Source of the DNA: Candidatus Omnitrophota bacterium
GTDB taxonomy: Bacteria; Omnitrophota; Gorgyraeia; Gygaellales; Profunditerraquicolaceae
Length of the DNA: 60,055 bases
Assembly (NCBI GenBank): GCA_037134795.1
Contig: JBAXLM010000002.1
Location: 1-60,055, forward strand
Reading direction: 5' to 3'
Shown: piece after piece, positions 55,684 through 60,055 of the stretch
Layout of the letters: the number at the start of each line of letters is the position of its first letter
Numbering within the stretch: the first letter of the stretch is position 1
The notes under the pieces: generated by a model
Databases searched by the model: none
Told to the model about the DNA's origin: nothing
The model's input: only the letters and a program-made list of their open reading frames with translations
Program-made: the position numbers and the translations under genes

Positions 55684-56976
55684 ATGGAAAAAATTGTTTC
55701 ATTATGTAAGCGCCGTGGCTTTATTTTTCAGGGAAGCGAAATTTACGGCGGACTAGCTAATACCTGGGATTACGGCCCTTACGGAGTAGAATTAAAAAAT
55801 AATCTTAAACGTGCCTGGTGGAAAGCCTGTGTCTACGAAAGAAACGACATCTTTGGCATGGACGCGGCAATCCTGATGCATCCTAAAGTCTGGGAGGGCA
55901 GCGGGCATGTTGAAAATTTCTTTGATTTAAAAAGTGACTGCAAAGGTTGTAAAAAACGGTTTAAAACCGAAGACCTAAAAAATAAAACTAAATGCCCGGA
56001 ATGCTCTGGCGACCTCACAGAATCCCGCCCATTTAATTTAATGTACAAAACTCACCAGGGGCCGGTAGAGGATGCCTCTAATGCCATTTACCTTAGGCCT
56101 GAAACTGCCCAAGGAATGTTCGTAAATTTCCAAAATATCTTAGACTCAAAGCACCCTAAACTTCCTTTTGGTTTAGCCCAGATCGGTAAATCATTCCGCA
56201 ACGAAATTACTCCAGGAAATTTTACTTTCCGCACCCGCGAATTTGAACAGATGGAAGTTGAGTATTTTTGCCGCCCTCAAGATGCAGATAAAATTTATGC
56301 GGAATGGATAGAGGAAAGATTTAATTGGTATTTGGGCTTAGGCATAAAAAAAGAAAACCTGCGTAAACGCGAACATGCCAAAGATGAGTTAGCCCATTAT
56401 GCTTTAGGTTGCACGGACATCGAATATAATTTTCCCTTTGGCTGGAGCGAATTAGAGGGGATTGCCAACCGCACAGATTACGATCTTAAACAGCACTCTA
56501 AATCCAGCGGCAAAGAATTAGTTTATTTTGATGACCAGAGTAAAGAAAGATTCTTTCCTTATATAATAGAACCAAGCGGCGGAGTAGATCGAAGTGTTTT
56601 AGCTCTATTAGTTGATGCCTACCATGAGGAGAAAGTAAAAGAAGATACCCGCGTGGTCTTAAAATTAAATAAGGATCTTGCCCCGACAAAAGTAGCAATT
56701 TTACCATTGTTGCGTAACCGGCCGGAAATTGTGGAGTTAGCTAAAAAAATCTCCCAGGATTTAAAAAAATCTTTTACCGTTGCTTATGACGACACCGGTT
56801 CCATCGGTAAACTCTACCGTCGGCAAGATGAAGTCGGAACACTTTATTGTGTTACCATAGATGTGCAAACATTAGAAGACAAACAAGTAACTGTGCGCGA
56901 TCGGGACACAATGCAACAGGATAGAGTTTCAGTAGAGAAATTAAAGGAATTTTTAACGGATAAATTAACCGGTTAA
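55684..56976 (+). CDS. glyQS: Glycyl-tRNA synthetase (homodimeric GlyQS type)
   Basis: LCKRRGFIFQGSEIYGGL, FRNEITPGNFTFRTREFEQME, GGVDR motifs, and a CxxC...CxxC knuckle. Confidence 0.93.
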   Translation: MEKIVSLCKRRGFIFQGSEIYGGLANTWDYGPYGVELKNNLKRAWWKACVYERNDIFGMDAAILMHPKVWEGSGHVENFFDLKSDCKGCKKRFKTEDLKNKTKCPECSGDLTESRPFNLMYKTHQGPVEDASNAIYLRPETAQGMFVNFQNILDSKHPKLPFGLAQIGKSFRNEITPGNFTFRTREFEQMEVEYFCRPQDADKIYAEWIEERFNWYLGLGIKKENLRKREHAKDELAHYALGCTDIEYNFPFGWSELEGIANRTDYDLKQHSKSSGKELVYFDDQSKERFFPYIIEPSGGVDRSVLALLVDAYHEEKVKEDTRVVLKLNKDLAPTKVAILPLLRNRPEIVELAKKISQDLKKSFTVAYDDTGSIGKLYRRQDEVGTLYCVTIDVQTLEDKQVTVRDRDTMQQDRVSVEKLKEFLTDKLTG

Positions 56977-57106
56977 AATTCAAATAGCAAAAGTCAAAAT
57001 TCAAAAGTAAAAAGGCAAAACTAAAAGTTAAAAGTAAAAATTAGAATAGTGAAATAGTCTTGAGTTTTTAATTGTGGTTTTAACTTTTTCGTTTTTACTT
57101 TTTAGT
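56977..57106. repeat. Heptamer-repeat family palindromic element (copy between glyQS and ppdK)
   Basis: A-rich arm AAATTCAAATAGCAAAAGTCAAAATTCAAAAGTAAAAAGGCAAAACTAAAAGTTAAAAGTAAAAA. T-rich arm TTGAGTTTTTAATTGTGGTTTTAACTTTTTCGTTTTTACTTTTTAG. Confidence 0.75.
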
Positions 57107-57172
57107 TGGATTAATTTCTTAAGTTTGCGCTTTGTTATTTGTTATTAAAAGAAAGGACGGGTTTAAAAAGTA

Positions 57173-59902
57173 ATGGCAAAGAAATACGTTTATAGTTTCG
57201 GTGGCGGCAAAGGCGAAGGCAATGAAAGCATGAAAAATCTTCTGGGCGGTAAAGGCGCGAATTTAGCCGAGATGGCAGGAAACAAGAATTTGATGTTACC
57301 TGTTCCTCCGGGATTTACCTGCACCACAGAGGTTTGTATATATTATTACCAGAATAAAAAGAAATACCCTAAGGAATTAAAAGCACAGCTGCTCAAAGCC
57401 TTAGAAAAAATAGAAAAGCTAATGGAGCGAAAATTCGGAGATGCCTCTAACCCGCTTCTATTTTCAGTACGCTCAGGCGCTCGAAAATCCATGCCCGGGA
57501 TGATGGAAACAGTTTTAAATGTCGGGCTGACTGAAAAAACTATTCCCGGTTTAATTAAACAAAGTGGCGGAAACAGCCGTTTTGTTTATGACGCGTACCG
57601 CCGCCTGATCATGATGTACTCTGACGTAGTCATGGAAAAGGCTGCTGGCATCGAGCCAATTGGCGAAGAGGGAATTCGTAAGCAGCTAGAAAAAATTATG
57701 CTGAATATGAAAAAGGAGAAAAATTATACAACCGATACAGATTTAAAGGTTGATGATTTAAAAAAACTCTGCGCGCAATTTAAAGCAAAGATCAAAGAGG
57801 TACTGGGCAAAGAATTCCCTGATGAACCCATGGAGCAACTCTGGGGAGGTATTGGGGCAGTCTTTTCATCTTGGAATGGAAAACGCGCTATTAGCTACCG
57901 CAGGATTGAGAATATCCCGGATGCCTGGGGCACAGCAGTAAATGTGCAAACCATGGTTTTTGGGAATATGGGTAATGACTCAGCAACTGGAGTAGCCTTC
58001 ACGCGAAACCCGGGAAACGGTGAAAATAATTTTTATGGTGAATATTTAATTAACGCGCAAGGCGAAGATGTGGTTGCCGGCATACGCACACCCGCGCCAA
58101 TTAATGAATATTCCACGAGCAGCCATAACAAAGAACTGCTTACCTTAGAAAAAACAATGCCAAAAATTTACAAAGAGCTTTACCTAATACAGGACCGCCT
58201 TGAACAACACTACCATGATATGCAGGATATTGAGTTTACCATTGAAAAGGGCAAACTCTTTATGTTGCAGTGCCGCGTAGGTAAACGTAACGGCCCGGCA
58301 GCAGTGCGTATGGCTGTAGAGATGGTCAAAGAAAAAATGATTAAAAAAGAGCAGGCTGTCATGCGCGTAACCCCGTCACAGCTTGATGAGTTGCTACATC
58401 CGATCATTGACCCCAAAACTGAAATTACAGTCAAGCCTTTTGCTAAAGGGCTTCCAGCAGGCCCGGGTGGAGCAAGCGGACAGATTGTCTTCTCATCAAA
58501 CGACGCTGTAGTTTGGGCAAAAACCGGAAAAAAGGTAATTCTGGTGCGCGAAGAAACTAACCCTGAAGATGTAGAAGGTATGCGCGTAGCCCAGGCCATT
58601 CTTACTGCTCGCGGTGGCATGACTAGCCACGCGGCTTTAGTTGCCCGCGGCTGGGGAAAATGTTGTATTGTCGGATGTTCTGAAATGCATGTTGATATCG
58701 AAAAGAAAACTGTCCAAGTTGGCGGTAAAACACTAAAAGAGGGCGACTGGATCACTTTAAACGGAACTAAAGGCACAGTTTATGAGGGGCAACTGCCAAT
58801 GATAGACGCTGCCGAAGAAAATACCATGCTTTCTGAGTTTCTAAAAATGTGCGACGCGATAAAAGAAATGGGCGTACGCACCAACGCGGATACCCCGGAT
58901 GATGCCAAAAAAGCGCTTCAATTCGGAGCCGAAGGTATTGGGTTATTCAGGACCGAACATATGTTTTACGGTAAAGGCGCGGATGAGCCGCTTTTCTTAC
59001 TCCGCAAGATGATTGTTTCCAAAACAGTCGAAGAGAGAAAACAGGCTTTAGACGCGTTATTTCCATTTGTAAAAAAAGATATTAAAGGAACAATCGCAGC
59101 CATGGATGGTTTTGCTGTAGTAATCAGGTTGCTTGATCCGCCTTTACATGAATTTGTGCCACGCGAACAGGCAAAACTTGAACAATTAGCTAAGGATCTA
59201 AATATCAGTATGCAAGAGTTATCCAGAAGAGCAGAAGGGCTGCATGAATCAAACCCGATGATGGGCCACCGCGGTGTGCGCCTAGGCGTAACTTATCCTG
59301 AAGTAAGCGCCATGCAAATTCGCGCAATTTTTGAAGCTGCAGCTGAATTGGTTAAAGAAGGGAAAAATCCCTACCCAGAGATCATGATCCCGGTTGTCTG
59401 CGATGTAAAAGAACTGGACGATCAACTGGTGATTGCCAAAGAAATATATAAAGAGGTACTGGCAAAATATGGATTAAAGAAGATCAAACATCTTTTTGGA
59501 ACAATGATCGAGATTCCGCGCGCTGCTTTTGTCGCGGATAAACTGGCAACTGTCGCCCAATTCTTCTCCTTCGGAACCAATGATATGACCCAAATGGGTT
59601 TTGGTTTCTCAAGAGATGACATTGGAGGTTTCTTGCCGGAATATATAAAAAAAGGCATATTGCCGGAAGATCCATTTCAGAGTATTGACCAAGAAGGTAT
59701 CGGCGAACTGATTAAAATGGGAATCAAGCTCGGACGCAAAACCAACAAAAACCTTGAAATAGGCATCTGCGGAGAGCACGGCGGTGAACCTAAATCCGTG
59801 GAGTTCTGCCATAACGTAGGCATGGATTATGTCAGTTGCTCACCGTTTAGAGTTCCTATTGCAAAATTAGCAGCAGCGCAAGCTGTTTTAAAGAAGAAAT
59901 AA
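57173..59902 (+). CDS. ppdK: Pyruvate, phosphate dikinase
   Basis: 909 aa. LLGGKGANLAEM, phospho-His motif GGMTSHAALVARGWGK, C-terminal PEP-utilising domain with GICGE. Confidence 0.95.
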   Translation: MAKKYVYSFGGGKGEGNESMKNLLGGKGANLAEMAGNKNLMLPVPPGFTCTTEVCIYYYQNKKKYPKELKAQLLKALEKIEKLMERKFGDASNPLLFSVRSGARKSMPGMMETVLNVGLTEKTIPGLIKQSGGNSRFVYDAYRRLIMMYSDVVMEKAAGIEPIGEEGIRKQLEKIMLNMKKEKNYTTDTDLKVDDLKKLCAQFKAKIKEVLGKEFPDEPMEQLWGGIGAVFSSWNGKRAISYRRIENIPDAWGTAVNVQTMVFGNMGNDSATGVAFTRNPGNGENNFYGEYLINAQGEDVVAGIRTPAPINEYSTSSHNKELLTLEKTMPKIYKELYLIQDRLEQHYHDMQDIEFTIEKGKLFMLQCRVGKRNGPAAVRMAVEMVKEKMIKKEQAVMRVTPSQLDELLHPIIDPKTEITVKPFAKGLPAGPGGASGQIVFSSNDAVVWAKTGKKVILVREETNPEDVEGMRVAQAILTARGGMTSHAALVARGWGKCCIVGCSEMHVDIEKKTVQVGGKTLKEGDWITLNGTKGTVYEGQLPMIDAAEENTMLSEFLKMCDAIKEMGVRTNADTPDDAKKALQFGAEGIGLFRTEHMFYGKGADEPLFLLRKMIVSKTVEERKQALDALFPFVKKDIKGTIAAMDGFAVVIRLLDPPLHEFVPREQAKLEQLAKDLNISMQELSRRAEGLHESNPMMGHRGVRLGVTYPEVSAMQIRAIFEAAAELVKEGKNPYPEIMIPVVCDVKELDDQLVIAKEIYKEVLAKYGLKKIKHLFGTMIEIPRAAFVADKLATVAQFFSFGTNDMTQMGFGFSRDDIGGFLPEYIKKGILPEDPFQSIDQEGIGELIKMGIKLGRKTNKNLEIGICGEHGGEPKSVEFCHNVGMDYVSCSPFRVPIAKLAAAQAVLKKK

Positions 59903-59904
59903 CT

Positions 59905-60055
59905 ATGGAAGCATTAAAAACATACTTTAAAGAAGTCAGGCTTATCCCTCTTTTAACGGCTAAGCAAGAGATTGAGTTAAACAAGCTGATCCGCAAGGGG
60001 GATGAAGTAGCGCGCAAAGATATGATCCGCGCTAATCTTCGCCTGGTAATTAATA
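59905..60055 (+). CDS. Sigma-70 family sigma factor, N-terminal fragment (runs off the window)
   Basis: YFKEVRLIPLLTAKQEIEL......GDEVARKDMIRANLRLVI matches regions 1.2/2.1 of group 1-3 sigma factors. Confidence 0.7.
   Translation, partial: MEALKTYFKEVRLIPLLTAKQEIELNKLIRKGDEVARKDMIRANLRLVIN

Noticed and set aside
58210-58776. 188-aa minus-strand ORF inside ppdK, plus many other 60-150 aa antisense or alternative-frame ORFs in the track (for example 3682-4140, 11932-12351, 18140-18598, 21505-21702)
   Set aside because: All are fully nested within well-supported + strand genes. They are typically Ser/Pro/Ile-rich antisense translations with no motifs, ribosome-binding sites or promoters.

Overview
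AT-rich, tightly packed bacterial chromosomal segment, probably from a small or streamlined genome; I cannot assign a lineage from sequence alone. It holds about 50 protein genes and 4 tRNAs. All genes but one (a Wzx-like flippase) lie on the + strand, many with 4-40 nt overlaps. Most content is housekeeping. Translation and replication: tilS, valS, hisS, aspS, glyQS, dnaE, uvrB, recO, ybeY, HU. Proteostasis: ftsH, and groES-groEL behind a perfect CIRCE operator. Cofactors: folP, pdxJ, acpS, nnrD, nadC, coaB, coaX, panE, panB, apbE. Aspartate-family amino acids: hom, thrC, an apgM-like gene, lysC, cimA. Purines: a GuaB3-like gene and guaA. Also gpsA and ppdK. Signalling genes include cdaA and a PgpH-like HD protein (c-di-AMP), two stand-alone PilZ proteins, a PilZ-PilT fusion (c-di-GMP) and a PAS histidine kinase with a receiver protein. 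The main anomaly is a 5.8 kb monocistronic gene (29641-35448) with its own consensus promoter, flanked on both sides by strong terminators. It encodes a 1,935-aa protein with an N-terminal signal peptide or anchor. Embedded in it are a recognisable phosphoglycerate kinase module and a recognisable class-I GAPDH module, in the order PGK then GAPDH. These are separated and flanked by roughly 1,000 aa that I cannot assign to any family. Other notable items are: a dispersed family of NAAAAGT-heptamer, A-rich/T-rich palindromic intergenic elements, with partial copies reaching into valS and the uvrB 3' end; an NRAMP-family transporter with an NRMT-type (Mg2+) binding-site signature, translationally coupled to a channel-less MgtE-N/CBS protein; an AspRS lacking the GAD insertion domain; an apgM-family gene sitting where thrB would be expected; and a 119-nt palindromic element bridging panE and apbE. 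I saw no transposases, integrases, CRISPR arrays, prophage genes or recognisable defence systems.
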